DNA of 63,424 bases, counting the filler, from Lenisia limosa (lineage: Eukaryota > Protista > Breviatea): the NCBI GenBank assembly GCA_001655205.1. It is 15 parts of 15 records of this genome, joined end to end, with 100 filler letters (N's around TTAATTAATTAA, not from the genome) between each part and the next. Parts side by side here need not be neighbours in the genome. Positions count along the whole stretch, not along the records: positions 36,326 to 39,869 come from LPNZ01002867.1; positions 39,970 to 43,420 come from LPNZ01002432.1; positions 43,521 to 46,881 come from LPNZ01007659.1; positions 46,982 to 50,677 come from LPNZ01011413.1; 11 more parts are not named here. One strand, written 5' to 3'. Position numbers and translations under genes: made by a program. Every line of letters starts with the position of its first letter. Position 1 is the stretch's first letter. Shown one piece after another: positions 37,067 to 50,368 of the stretch. The notes beneath the pieces are model-generated. The model was not told the DNA's origin. It saw nothing but the letters and a program-made list of their open reading frames with translations, and searched no databases.

Positions 37067-38249
37067 NNNNNNNNNNNNNNNNNNNNNNNNNNNNNNNNNN
37101 NNNNNNNNNNNNNNNNNNNNNNNNNNNNNNNNNNNNNNNNNNNNNNNNNNNNNNNNNNNNNNNNNNNNNNNNNNNNNNNNNNNNNNNNNNNNNNNNNTTA
37201 CATAGTAACAGACACAAAAAGTGGATTAGGCAAACTCAAGCTCTTTATACCTTGTTTCATTGTAAGGAGTATGCGATGGTATTCGTGCCAGCTCGCAACT
37301 CCGCACATTTAACTCGTCACTTGCTTAATTTTTATATCATTTACCTTCCCAGTCTGTCATATCGGCCAGCCATTTGGATGCCAAATTTGGTGAGGGGGAG
37401 GGGGTCAATGTTGTCATATTGATGCAACTGTATTAGTTACAATATTATTCAATGTTTTAATGATAAACAAAAATAAATATCAAACTTTAAACTCATTTTT
37501 AATTTATCGGAAATTGTGTACTGCGATATATATTAATCAGTCACAAATCAAATAACACAATTCTCAGAACAATCACAAATCATTGATATTTCACCGATTC
37601 AGACGAAATTGCGCCACTATCGCCGCAGAGTATCGGCAACATGTCTCGAGTGTCGTCATTTAGAACCGTCCAGTATGGGGCGTTCAAACTCTCAATCAGC
37701 ATTCACAAGGCATCTCTAATGATTAGGGCCTCACTTGAATTCGAAAAAAGACTGAATTTATCGATAATACCTGGAAAACTTTGGATATTTTTCCGTACTC
37801 TTTCGAACCGAAGTGAATCTAATGTTCTGGCTTCGTGGGTCTGTCCATCACCACACCTACCATCTTTGATCTGACTCTACAGATCTAGCACCCATTCCCT
37901 CTACCACGGCTCAAGTTCTGTGTACACCGCCTCGGTGGGGGGTATGGCATTTTGGGATTATGTTAACCCCTAATNNNNNNNNNNNNNNNNNNNNNNNNNN
38001 NNNNNNNNNNNNNNNNNNNNNNNNNNNNNNNNNNNNNNATGACCTGTAACTTCAGGTTTGTTTGTGTGCGTCTGAGGGGTGTGGTCTCATACTATGATGA
38101 TATGCTGCATAAAGGGGGCGGTCTCATACTATGATGATATGTTACATAAAGGGAGCGAGGGTAGTTAGTTTCTAAAATATAGATATAATTTTATTTCCAA
38201 TTTATTGGATATTTTTCTTTAGTTATGGCGGTTAATTCACGTTTTTTAG

Positions 38250-39868
38250 ATGGCAGCAAGTTTGGCTTCGGCCGCATCAACCATTACGGGCTTTCCAGAT
38301 GCACCGTCTTCCATTCCCCTAGTAAGCTAGCCGGTAAATCATGCTTCCTCTTGCAAGCGACGTATATCATTTCCCCCTCTTTTTGTATCATCATTTTTTT
38401 CCTTGTATGCTAGAATGGTTATCTATCTATCTCTACAACTCTGTCTTATCATCTCGGCGAGACTGATAATAATCTGTAAAACAATGCATTCTTCTCCTAA
38501 AAATCCAATGAACTCTTCATTTGTATAGTTGTCACTATATATCATATGTCGTATGTGATAATTTCACTTGTAAGATAACAGCCACAATGAGCTCCCCTCT
38601 CACCCCCAGGCTGGGCTTTACGATTCCCGAGAGGCCCCATTAGAAGCGGTTCGCCTCATTGAAGAGGCTATTTCGTCACTTTCATCGGAGCGCTCTTCAA
38701 GGACTAATGCGCAGGCCAATGGTTGGGGGTTATGATGGTGGTTCATGTTAAGGGTAGGAGATTGTGGGGGGTATGAGGGTAGGAGATTGTGGGGGGTATG
38801 AGGGTAGGGGATTGTGGGAATGAATGCTAGAGTAAAATTATTCTGGTTGAAATATTTTCTATCTGCGGAGTATGATAAACATAACACGAATGAAAGTGAC
38901 CTCACCCCCCAAGGCGCAATACTGACCATATGTGTTGGAGTTGTCTACATCCTCCGCCTGTTGTTTTCTCGGGAAGTGTACTCTCTAAGCGTTGTGGTTG
39001 CAGCGTTATCCTTTTTCTTGATGATGACGTTGGTATTAGCAATGGTGGGTGGTGCCGATATGATGAAGATCATCTTTGTATGTTAAAAAGCACTACTTTT
39101 TTTCGAATTGTGTCCAAAGTTTCTTTCCTTTTGTTTTGCATTTCACATATTTACCTTTAATAGAGTTAAGTTATTTTCACTTTTCAGATTATGACCCAAG
39201 ATTTTCTCCTGAGCACTGGACGATTCTACGTCTACACAGAGGCGGTTTCCATCATTCGAAGCAGCATGCTGATATATTGGACGGTTTGCATGCCTTCTCT
39301 TGCTTTTGGTTTTGTTTTCACAAGTATAATCACTTTGTGGCTGTACCGACTGTTTCAAGATATTTTATTTTCCACTCATGACTTTATTTTAATACTTTAT
39401 TTCTATCATGTATTAGCCAAAGGGTTGATTTGTATTCACCATAATTTAGATTTATAATAAAGACGCAATATTTCCAGCTTACAGAATGACTTGAATTACT
39501 TGAAAATAAAAGACTATTCCCATTGACCCATTCAGTTGATCTTTATGAGTGAAGACTCCACTGTTGCGTGGTCAAGGGTGGGAAGGGGGTATACATGTTG
39601 TCCTTTCTTGGAGGAATTAGGAGTGGGGTAGGTACATACTATTTTTGGCATTGACCCAATTAACTCCTGCCTAATCAACCTCTTTCTGCTGCTTGTCTTA
39701 GTAACATCCTAGATGAACCTCATCGTCCTTGTCACAACCAACATTCTCCTGTCTGGCCTTATGCCCCTCGAATCTCTCCTGCACTCCATCGTCACCGTGG
39801 CTGTTCACTTCCTCATTATCGGCATCTGGGACTTGGAACTGCAGCAAGATATCGGCTGTCCCCTCGTG
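38250..39868 (+). CDS. Unknown multi-pass membrane protein, N-terminal part
   Basis: Exons MAASLASAASTITGFPDAPSSIPL / AGLYDSREAPLEAVRLIEEAISSL.. / ..GAILTICVGVVYILRLLFSREVYSLSVVVAALSFFLMMTLVLAMVGG.. / IMTQDFLL..LIYWTVCMPSLAFGFVFT / MNLIVLVTTNILLSGLMPLESLLHSIVTVAVHFLIIGIWD; several hydrophobic helices. Confidence 0.55.
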
Positions 39869-41288
39869 GNNNNNNNNNNNNNNNNNNNNNNNNNNNNNNN
39901 NNNNNNNNNNNNNTTAATTAATTAANNNNNNNNNNNNNNNNNNNNNNNNNNNNNNNNNNNNNNNNNNNNCTATACACTCACTGTTTGCTGCCCTTCACAC
40001 CTCAGGTATGGCTTAGGAACTTTCACGGATCGTTTGGAACTGACAGTTGATATTGCTATGAATGCCGCCCCCAATCCCTGGAGCAAAGTCATGAGTGGTG
40101 AGGGGGGGGGGGAGCAAGGTTATACATGTATATATAGCAAGAGAAATAAAAAAAATAAGGTTGTATCTAGCCGCCGAAGCTGTCACCACCATCACGCTTC
40201 TAATAGATATTGGATTATAGTATAATATTAATTCACCGGTAAGGTTATATAGTACACGGGGTGGCGGCAGTTGTTTTGTCGCATGGATTTTAATCTCTTT
40301 TTTTGTGTGTATTTTGTAGTTGTACAAATAGAAGTTGTTGTTATTTATTATTTTACCTATTTAGTTCCTCCCAGCAAGAAGATCAGTTTGAAGGTAAAAA
40401 AGGGGTATTGCTTCTGAATCAAGATTTCAAAATGATATTCTAAATGTCAAGTTACAAAATGCTAATCCCAACAGTCTTATTTTATATCCAACATTCTTAT
40501 TTTCAAGATATTCTTGCCTTCTTGGCCCGGATTACGCGAAATGGCGTCGGCAACTGTGAGCGTCGAAGCTTCCGACACTAGTGATATTGTGAGTGGGAAA
40601 TATTGATCTGTATTTCACCAGACTACGTATCATGAACTGAACTATGAAGTATACTTTAATCAATAATGGATATGTCCAGTTGTCCTAGACCAGCAGTTGA
40701 AACCCCCCCCCCCCNNNNNNNNNNNNNNNNNNNNNNNNNNNNNNNNNNNNNNNNNNNNNNNNNNNNNNNNNNNNNNNNNNNNNNNNNNNNNNNNNNNNNN
40801 NNNNNNNNNNNNNNNNNNNNNNNNNNNNNNNNNNNNNNNNNNNNNNNNNNNNNNNNNNNNNNNNNNNNNNNNTGGACTGCAGTGCAATACTGGAGCTGTT
40901 ATCCCTGCTGGCCTATCTTTGGTTGGGGGAGGAGGGGTGGTGAGTTAAATACGGTCTGACTTGGAAACAGAATCGAGAAGCAAAGTCCTGAAAAACACAA
41001 AATATCAGCTGCGAACCAATGAGATGAGGGGATAAGTATACACGATAAGTCCTGACATGATAAGCTAAAGATACGATCAATATCTGTGTCAGGATCTCGG
41101 TCACTGTATGATAGCGTCTATTTTATTTTTTTTGAGCTCGCTGCTATCACTCCTATCACTGCTATCACTTCAATATGATATGTCGACATCAATTATTTAC
41201 CCTTTTTCGGGCATTATTACCATCGAAATTTCCTTTGTATTACCCACTTGGGCTTTTTGTTTCATAAATTTTCCAATTTTACCCCCAG

Positions 41289-43400
41289 GGATGTCTCCAC
41301 ATTGACACGATGGCCAACATCCGCCTCGTCTTCCTTGATCACAGTAAACTGACGGGTCGAGCTGTCGATGTGAACCTTCCCGTCTCCAAGCCCTTCCCTG
41401 CCAAGCCAATCCCAAGGTAAGGGGTCGAATGTGGACTACTGTCAAGGGAAATTTGACCTGATTCATGAATCCAATCCTTGTTATTATTCTGTGAAGTCAT
41501 TAATACCTCTAATTGTTAATGTGATGGTTTGGATGACTTCATTAAGATCCTCTAAATAGTTCTGAGTTAAACATATCCTAAAGAGTTTTCGTAAGCAATC
41601 TAAGTTGGCTCATGGTTCTTTGTTTACTATTACTAGTGCTCCATGCAATTTATTTTTTGAAGAAATTAAAGTGTCTGAAATTGAGTTCACATTACAATAT
41701 GTCGCACTTCAAATTTTGCAATTATTTTTTAAATTAATTGCACGGAGCCCCAATTACTCATTCATTTCATTTCTCATTCCCTCGTCCTCTGAAGTGTGAG
41801 TTAATTTTGGGCTTTTTTTTTTGTTTTATAAGTTTTTCATTTTACCCCCCCCCCCTCTAGTATTTCGGTTTATAGCAAGAATGACGCTCCCCAACCGGCG
41901 GGCCCTTCAGCAGAAGATGGTATGGGGAGGGGGGGGTGTAAACGAAGGAAATTTCGAAAGAATATTGGCGTATTATTTAGATACTGGGGGATGGGGGGAG
42001 TAATATTGATAGAAGGTGGATGGGAGGGAAAGGTATTTGATTAAGTGGAATTATTGGATGATTGATCGTCATTCTGAAAAAGCTTAGTAGTATGCAGAAC
42101 AATGATCAAGAATTAGGGGCTCATCTAAAAAGGGGATTGGAGCGTCTGTAGTTTCACAATAAAAAGTGACAAAAGCGGTAATTTTAGAATTAGGTTGCAA
42201 TTTTACTCTCAAGTACAACTTTGTGTAACTTATGTAGAGCGACTGGCTAAAAAGGAAGCTGAAGCGCTTGAACGCGCTGAATTGGCGCGTCAGCGCAAGG
42301 GTTTGGGGCGGAAGGTATTTAATGAAAGAGAATCAAATTATTTTATTCTCGCTTTCACATTTATTATTCTCACCTGTCACTTTTATTATGATCTTCAAAG
42401 CTTTTGCTTATAACACATGTTTTGTGAAGTTCTTAAATAAACTTAAATTACGCTATGCCTCTGACCAATTATAGAGGCAGAGGAGATGAGACAGGTAGAG
42501 TTGGCAAGGCTTCAGAAAGTGGAACAGGAGCGACAGAGGGCGCGTGACGAGTCAAAGAGGCGCGATGCTCAAGTGGGGGGGTTCTGTTTTACTTAATATA
42601 CTATTTATTTATTTTGCGATATAGATTAGATTTCCTTTCAGAAAAAATCGGTCAAGACTTGTCATGTTCATAGTCATAATGCGGCACAAAACTTTTTTAT
42701 ACATATATACTAGGTATATCATCTTGGCTTGTCTAAAAATGGGGTGGCTCTTTAAAAAAACGTCTATAGTTGCAAAATTAATGATAAAAATTCCGCTTTT
42801 ATCACTTTTTTTAACAACAGATGCTGCCACCCCCTTTTTTGATGAGTCATCTTTCATATCAGTGGAAATGGGTCAACAGACCAGTAACCGGGATAAGTCT
42901 TCCGATTTACTATGTGATTTCCCAAGGAAACTAGTTTACGACTTATCCCGGTCACTTTATATATGGATAACATATGTCATTGTCTAGGCCGAAGCGGACC
43001 GAAAGCGGAAGAAACTCGAGAAGGAGAGACTGGAAGATGAGACTGTTGCTAAGTGGGTGACATGGGAGGAGGGGGGTATAACCGGTATTTGGAGAGAGGA
43101 CGAGGATGTGAGCCATTAAGAGGACCAATATCTACAGACGATATTTTCATTTTTTTAAAAAAAAAAAGGGGGGGGGTGACCTTTTGGGGACTTGTAGAAA
43201 TTATTGCGTCTAGTAGAGTTGTAAGAAAAATGATTGGATATATTATTATTGATTTTCAATAATCCAATATCTCTTCTAAGCATAATGATGTGGAGGCTTT
43301 GGCCTGATACAACCTTGTTTTATTTCCCCTCTACATACATGTAGCCGACCGTCGAGTTTGACCTGACTGACTTTCTTAGGCTAAGGGATGAGAAGTTACA
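41289..43400 (+). CDS. Unknown protein with a long charged coiled-coil region (partial)
   Basis: Exons GCLHIDTMANIRLVFLDHSKLTGRAVDVNLPVSKPFPAKPIP, NDAPQPAGPSAED, ERLAKKEAEALERAELARQRKGLGRK, AEEMRQVELARLQKVEQERQRARDESKRRDAQ, AEADRKRKKLEKERLEDETVAK and LRDEKLQLRAAHE, all with canonical GT/AG. Confidence 0.65.
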
Positions 43401-43844
43401 GTTGAGGGCCGCGCACGAAGNNNNNNNNNNNNNNNNNNNNNNNNNNNNNNNNNNNNNNNNNNNNTTAATTAATTAANNNNNNNNNNNNNNNNNNNNNNNN
43501 NNNNNNNNNNNNNNNNNNNNCCCAGACACTACAACCACATCATCGCACCTGGCGGACTCGTAGGGAGGGTATATAGGACTGACAAGGCTTACCCGTGGGG
43601 GGGTCAGCTGTTGGAAAGGAAAAAGACTGAATTTCTCCATAAATCCTCGAAAACTATCGATATTTTCCCGAACCTAAGTGAAGCCGAGGTAGCCTTAAGT
43701 ACATCTGCTTGTTGTTGTAGAGGGCATGTCGTTTTACATTATCAACTACAACAGCATTATTTGATTTATATATGGATTGAAATACCCGATCTCCCCACCT
43801 GTAAAACAAAAACCCTGCTCTGGCCAAAGAACACATCCTCCCCT

Positions 43845-43937
43845 CCAATACGCCTAACATCCCCGCCTCCACTACGCCTAACACCCGAGAATCAGCCTCT
43901 GTCAATACGCCTAACACCCCAGAATCAGCCTCTGTCA
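43845..43937 (+). repeat. Short imperfect intronic tandem repeat (..TACGCCTAACACCC.AGAATCAGCCTCTGTC..)
   Basis: TACGCCTAACA occurs three times and GAATCAGCCTCTGTCA twice. Confidence 0.75.
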
Positions 43938-43959
43938 GTGCGCTGCCGGATACTACCAG

Positions 43960-46178
43960 GATCTGGACAGCTCACAAGGCCTCGGATCGGACTCGGCTGC
44001 CAACTGCAAGGTTGGAATACGACTTGCCTTATTGGGGTTGGAATGCGACTTGCCTTTTAGGTGGTGTAGGTCGAATGTGACTTGCCATATTTGGAGCTCA
44101 CCATAATTGGAAGGGGAGTATTCCTAAGGGTGTACTTACCATATCAGGAATGTCCGACCGGAGCAATCTGTGCGGGCGGCTTGGAACAGCCAATTGCCCA
44201 GCCCGGGTTCTACCAAGTTGGTTTTTATGCAATTCCCCAGAGTTGATTTTGGGCTTTTTTTTTCTCATAAATTTTCCAATTTTACTCCACCACCCCCCAG
44301 TCCTCCACCACCAACTCGTCCATGGTCTTCGTATCATGTGTCGGTAATTCCGCGGCCTGTTTGGGCAACGGAAAGTGTGCCGACGGTTACACAGGGCACG
44401 TGTGTGGTGCCTGTGAGGAAGGTGGGTATTATCATTACATCCATTAAAGCGTGATGGTGTGGACGGCTATTTCTCATTGATAAAATGGACTGTTTAGCTT
44501 ACATTTGTTAAATACATGGTTAAGTTTATCTTACATACACACTATAGGTAGGCTACGTGTGGTGCGTGGGAGAACGGTGATATTTTATGCTACATTTGTT
44601 ACATTTATCACATTTGTATGTTATTTATCAGAAATAGTGAGGAACCTTGCCTTACAAGTTATCATACGACAAAAAAAAATTCAAAGTACCGATTGTTCAC
44701 TCAAATAATGGTCAAAAATGGCAATCTCACCTCCCCCCCCCCCCCNNNNNNNNNNNNNNNNNNNNNNNNNNNNNNNNNNNNNNNNNNNNNNNNNNNNNNN
44801 NNNNNNNNNNNNNNNNNNNNNNNACAACATGCGTCTCTACATTGGACTCATTATTTTGGGCCTTCTTTCACTCGGACTTCTCATGACGTCTGCACTCAGG
44901 TCACATAACCAGCCTGGTCTCAGATCAACTCGGATCCTTTGGTCTTTTGTTCAGGTTGGAGTCTTTAATACGACTGATTGGGGCTTGTATTTATGGATGT
45001 TTAGTTCCTTTATTGATCTCAAAGTTAAAGGGCCTCTGGGTTTGATCATGTTAGCTGTTTATATGGAAGTTGTTTGTATAAGAGTTGGTTGTTATGTGTT
45101 AGATGGGCTTTGACTGGGAGGGCCCATAGGCCCTTTAATTTTGGAAGGGTTTCCTACGAGACATCCTTAATTTTTTTTATTATTATTATTGATATTTATT
45201 AATGACTAGGCCTTCACTTGGGTTCGAAGAAAGATTGAATTTATTGATAAGTCCTCGAAAACTATCGATATTTTGCCGGTCTTTTTCCCACCGAAGTGTA
45301 TCAATAAATGGTCCCCAAGTTCATCCCTCTGATATTTAAATGGCAGTAATAACATCCAAATCCTGATTATTTACTTATAAATAAAAACGAATCGATAAAT
45401 CTCAATCATTGCTTGTTGTCTTTTTCTTGAATGCCTTTGTCCCCAGATATTGCTTCTTCTATTCCGTCTTTCCATTTCTTGCCCCTTTTATGTTTCATTA
45501 ATTTTCCAATTTTACCCCCCCCCCCCNNNNNNNNNNNNNNNNNNNNNNNNNNNNNNNNNNNNNNNNNNNNNNNNNNNNNNNNNNNNNNNNNNNNNNNNNN
45601 NNNNNNNNNGTTAGAACCATGCTCCAGACCATGTCCATCATGAATCTCAATCTCGAGGTGAGAACGATCCTCATCTTTTTGGACAACAAAAGATTATTTT
45701 ATCTAGAAGTTAGAGATAGAGAATTTTTTTGTTCAGTGTTCCCTTATGCAAGGGAAACACGCCGAAAACTGTGCAGCAAATGATTGGATAAACTCATACA
45801 TATCGTACATTTTTATCAATATCCCAAAAAATGTGAAGATGGTATGGACGGCTTCCCCTCCNNNNNNNNNNNNNNNNNNNNNNNNNNNNNNNNNNNNNNN
45901 NNNNNNNNNNNNNNNNNNNNNNNNNNNNNNNNNNNNNNNNNNNNNNNNNNNNNNNNNNNNNNNNNNGAGAATTTATCGAGAAATTCCGTCTTTTTTCGAA
46001 CCGAAGTGAAGCCCTACCTCACCCCCCTCCAGATTGGCAGGCCAGAGTGCGGCACGGGCCAGACGTTAGGCTACATAAGCATGTTCCTGGCCAAGCAGCT
46101 AATCCTGCCATTTGCGGCCGTTTGCGTCGTAGTGGCGTTTGTTGCCGTCCCACGACTGCTGAATGTTAAGATTACAAA
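43960..46178 (+). CDS. Cys-rich ectodomain + multi-pass TM protein (protist adhesin/receptor-like), partial
   Basis: Exons ..SAANCK / ECPTGAICAGGLEQPIAQPGFYQ / ..CVGNSAACLGNGKCADGYTGHVCGACEEG / ..LYIGLIILGLLSLGLLM..RILWSFVQ / RTMLQTMSIMNLNLE / IGRPECG..FLAKQLILPFAAVCVVVAFVAVP. The CP.GA.C.GG, C..GY.G..C..C and ..IL.SF.Q pattern is typical of a large protist membrane-protein family. Confidence 0.75.
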
Positions 46179-46541
46179 GTGAGAGGGGATAATACAAACT
46201 GATTTGGATGGATGGGAGGAGGGTAAAGAGATTTTCTTGATAAATCCACGATAATCTCGACAATAAAATGGGTGCTTTGTGTTGCAGAGTGTTTCCCAAA
46301 TGCTAAGAATTGATTCTGCAGGCGTTTTTGTTTCATAAATTTTCCATATTTACCCCACCCCATACCATCATTAACCGCTGCAGAACTCACCTCATTCGGT
46401 CATTGTGTCTTTTGATAGTCATCTTTTACCTTCCTGTAAGCATGGCGATCGTTGGTATTGTAAGGAAGTACGACTAGAATCTTTTTGATCCACGTTTCAA
46501 CTGAAAACAAACAATGTCAATATTCTACCTTATGCTGAGTG

Positions 46542-46641
46542 TAGGGCTTCACTTCGGTTTGAAAAAGAACGGTAAAATATCGATAGCTTTCGAGGATTTA
46601 TCGAGAAATTCAGTCTTTTTTTGAACCGAAGTGAAGCCCTA
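46542..46641. mobile_element. Family C MITE, near-consensus copy
   Basis: TAGGGCTTCACTTCGGTTTGAAAAAG...TCTTTTTTTGAACCGAAGTGAAGCCCTA; flanks GCTGAGTG/CCTGTGTG (6/8). Confidence 0.88.
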
Positions 46642-46761
46642 CCTGTGTGTTCTGTGTAAATCAAGTGTATGTTCTGTGTAAAGCAAGTGTGTGTTCTGCG
46701 TTAAGCAAGTGGTTGAAGTGAATTAGTACCATACTCTTCAGTTTTATGTTTTAATTGTAAG

Positions 46762-46881
46762 CTGGAGTGATGGGATGCGGTGCTGCAGAAGCGACTAGCC
46801 TTGGCTTTGTTTGTTTGTTGTTTTCAACCCTTGTGTGTTTTCAGCCAACAGAGTTGATTTTGGCTTCTTCTTTTTTTTTTT
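46762..46881 (+). repeat. Family A cassette with intact 5' end
   Basis: CTGGAGTGATGGGATGCGGTGCTGCAGAAGCGACTAGCCTTGGCTTTGTTTG..AACCCTTGTGTGTTTTCAGCCAACAGAGTTGATTTTGGC; same start as copies at ~13052, 14105(-) and 30545(-). Confidence 0.85.
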
Positions 46882-47337
46882 NNNNNNNNNNNNNNNNNNN
46901 NNNNNNNNNNNNNNNNNNNNNNNNNTTAATTAATTAANNNNNNNNNNNNNNNNNNNNNNNNNNNNNNNNNNNNNNNNNNNNGTTTTTCAAAAAGTGGGCG
47001 CGGTTATGTTAGTGGGCGCGGTTTTGTTGGTCCACCTATATTGAATTATAGTAAAACATTAATTTACCCTAATTCCTATTTATTTCTAATAACGAACAGA
47101 AAAATGCGATTTAAACAGTACAGTGTTACTTTGTTAATGGTATCCCAATGCATTTATTAGTGTCAGAAACAACCTTGTTTATTACTCATCTCAATGCATT
47201 TTATAGTGTCCCTGGATTGTATATCATATATTCACGGTTTGGTTTTTTGCTTATGGGTATCCCGGTATCCCTATGTATTAAGTTTCCCAATATTTAATGT
47301 ATAGATATATATTCCAGCTCTCAAAACAATTCTCACC

Positions 47338-50300
47338 TCTCAAACTGAACGTCCATTGAGGGGCTTCGACTGGATGGTGAGGGAAATGTACTTGATTTGG
47401 CATATAAAAGAGAAATATCAGGGCTCCTTGAGGCCCACATAGAAACGAAGGGAATCGGCTGTGCAGCTCGTCTAATCAGTTGAGCTTGGTCAATTTGGTC
47501 GTCCTGGGATATTAGGCTTCCCTACGGTCCGTAAAAGCCCGCAGACCAATAACATCGACCCCCTCACCTCTGTTTTATTTCATACGCTATACTACTAGGG
47601 CTTCACTTTGCGGTAAAATATCGATAGTTTTCGAAGATTATCGAGAAATTCAGTCTTTCAAACCGAAGTGAAGCCCTACCCCCACCCACAGTATTATTGT
47701 ATAATCTCGCCCTCCCCACAGTTTGATTTATATCCACCCCCCTCATCCCACAGTAGCCAGTCCAATAGCATCAAGGCCAAAGGCGTTGCCCAGCATGCGG
47801 CCGTCGGCACTGAACGCCAAAGTCCCGGTCCCGAGGTCAACCATTACTCCTGGGGGGGGGGGAGTTATCATGGAAAATTTATGAAAAAAAAAGAGACCAA
47901 AATCAACCCCTAGCAATATGCACCCTCTTACCAATAACTTCAACGTCCTTAATGCTCAGGGGGTCAGCAAAGGGTAAAATCTCGCCATTGTACCGTCGGG
48001 TCCCGTCATAGGCTAAACCAAAGGACATCTCATGTTCGCCAGGAAACGTGGAGCCTGAAAATGCGTCAGCAGTAGCGCTTCAAGTTGGGAAGTTGTCACG
48101 GATATCCGAAGCACGTTATTCTAATTACGCGTCATATTGAACGTGAATCACGCCACTTTTGCCTCTACAGTTCCCATTTGCTCACTTGAAAGGGGGTCGA
48201 GGCTCCATCCGACAACCCAACTGGTGCCTTTTGACGGGTGGACTTCGTAGTAGAATCGAACCGAGAGGTCTAGGTGGTTGTCCAGCGAATTGAAGATCTT
48301 CATAATGTCTTCCTTAATCTATGCAGGAATAAGCAATAAATACACGCACAAAAAAAAATTTGGCTGAAGCCGTCCACATCATGGTATATTAAATTGTTTT
48401 CCCCAATTATTTGCCTAACAGCACAGTATTTTACACGCCTCAACTGCATACGAGATGCAAATTCAATTTCAAATTAGAAACTCTCCCCGAGTTAGTACAT
48501 TTTTACCCGCCCCCCCTCAACAAAATGATCATTACCTCCACATTACCACCCCAGACAATTTTATCATTGTAGTTGGTTGTTAACGGTTCGGAAACTTCGA
48601 GACCCAGCGCAGTTATTCGACTCCTGTCACAATAAGCAATGAGCAATACAAAATAAGGTTGTATCTGGCTGAAGCCATCCACACCATGGATTATAGTTTA
48701 ATATTAATTCACCCAATCATTTGCCTTACAACTCTGTGTCCACAGCTTTCACTGTGCCCTCCCCAGCATATAGCAAGCACAAAACAATATTCTTGAAAGA
48801 TAAAACCGCTATTGCACAAAACAACCATTTTTGGAAGATACACACGCTCAATACCTGGTGTGACAGTAAGAATTCGATCCCCCCCCCCCACTGCACAAGC
48901 TGCCTGGCCTTGGCAGGGCTTGATAAGACGGCAGCATGGAGGGCGAACGTGGGGTGCACAGCGTCCAATACACGAGCGAGAGTTCGGATGGCTGTGAAGC
49001 CCGTTCCTTGGTTAAGCTGGCTTTTGACTTCAGTGAGCTGGGGATGTTGGTAATGTCGGGCTCCGTGCAATTAATTTGTTGAGAAAATTAATTGACAAAG
49101 TTTGAAACAAAAGTGTCTGGAATAGGGTTCCCGTTATAATATGTTCCACCACTGAGCCCTAGTAATTTGTCTTTATGTTATCCCTAGATATTTACGCTGT
49201 CTTCGTGTTATCCTCCGAATGGTGGTTGAGTTTTTCATATATACAAGATAGTCAAAGCTCCGGACATCATTCAAAATCTCTGGACTCATCAAAACTCCCT
49301 GAAAGCTTGAATCTTCCCTATAAAAGTACCAAAACTTCATTTTCTTGTTATTTTCGAAAGTAATTTCAGTCATAATCACAGGATTGAATGCGATTTTTAC
49401 ATATTCATCGCTCAAACCCAAATTAAGTCACTTGGCTACCCTTTTGCGGCCCTTAAACTGCCAAAAACAACCAAAACCGTTATAATCGGCCACATTCAAG
49501 GAATAAATGGCAACTATCCGGGAAAGTTTAACACTGTAGAAAGAACATTACTCTCAAAATTCACCATTACATAGCCAAAGCAAAAGGGAACCCCCAATTA
49601 CTCCGAGGGGTACAAATGTTTGTTTCTTAACACTAAAAGAGGGATAGATTTAGAAAAAAATCCCGTGAAAAGGCAAAAGGGGCCACTCCCGGAGACCAAA
49701 TTCACGGATTTTTGACACTTGCTCAAAATTGAAAAGAAAAAAAAAGTTGGGGAACATTAAAAGGTCATTTTTTCTATATATCTGTCGAACCAGTTTTGTA
49801 TTAAACACTACCGTTGACCCAGAAAAGGGGTCAACTTCAAGCTGTCCTGTGTCCGGTGAATTTTGAATGCTGTCCGGAGCTTTGGGGACCCATATATCTA
49901 AAATTAACCCTATACAGTGACCATGAAAAGTCCTGACACGATCAGCTAGGAATAAGCTCAATATCCGTGCCAGGACTTATCGCGGTCACTGTATATGTAT
50001 ATGATATAGTATATCGATGATATATACGTATTATAGCAATGAGAAATAAAGTCGTATATATGAACCACCTCCAACCAGGTCTTTGAGTTTGTGCTTATGG
50101 TGCCTTCTCACAATCCACGGTCCTATAAGGAATAAAAATTGCCAAGGTAGGAGTGAAGGAATAAGTTGAACAATGTAGAAAGAAGTTGAAGAATAGAAAA
50201 ATCCTTTCACTCTAAGGTTTCATTCTGGTTAAGAAGCCATCCTTAATCCGGACCAACCTTCAGTAGCTCGTGCCGGGGCCCATGTTGGGTGTGCACTAGG

Positions 50301-50368
50301 GGGTTTGACATTTGTGATTGTTAGATCGCCGTTTGAGAGGACTAGATCTGAGGAGATGTCCAGGGGGT
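47338..50368 (-). CDS. SPRY/B30.2-domain protein (partial, possibly two SPRY-related segments)
   Basis: Exons ..LSVRFYYEVHPSKGTSWVVGWSLDPF / STFPGEHEMSFGLAYDGTRRYNGEILPFADPLSIKDVEVIG / VMVDLGTGTLAFSADGRMLGNAFG match SPRY (YYEV, VGW, D.IG..LDL..GTL.F..NG..LG.AF). An upstream exon ITINPLDISSDLVLSNGDLTITN (~50368) resembles a PRY/SPRY start. Confidence 0.75.
48636..48790 (-). repeat. Family E repeat, near full-length copy in a SPRY-gene intron
   Basis: Minus strand: TATGCTGGGGAGGGCACAGTGAAAGCTGTGGACACAGAGTTGTAAGGCAAATGATTGGGTGAATTAAT..TGGTGTGGATGGCTTCAGCCAGATACAACCTTATTTTG..CTCATTGCT. Confidence 0.8.
49253..49884. mobile_element. ~630-bp inverted-repeat element (family G)
   Basis: CAAAGCTCCGGACATCATTCAAAA at 49253 pairs with TTTTGAATGCTGTCCGGAGCTTTG ending at 49884; a solo end occurs at ~2866. 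No clear TSD. Confidence 0.55.
49915..49991. mobile_element. Family D subtype MITE (GATAAGTCCTGACACG core)
   Basis: TA|CAGTGACCATGAAAAGTCCTGACACG...CGTGCCAGGACTTATCGCGGTCACTG|TA. Confidence 0.8.

Noticed and set aside
43611-44060. 149-aa ORF
   Set aside because: Made of a family C MITE, a tandem repeat and intron sequence.
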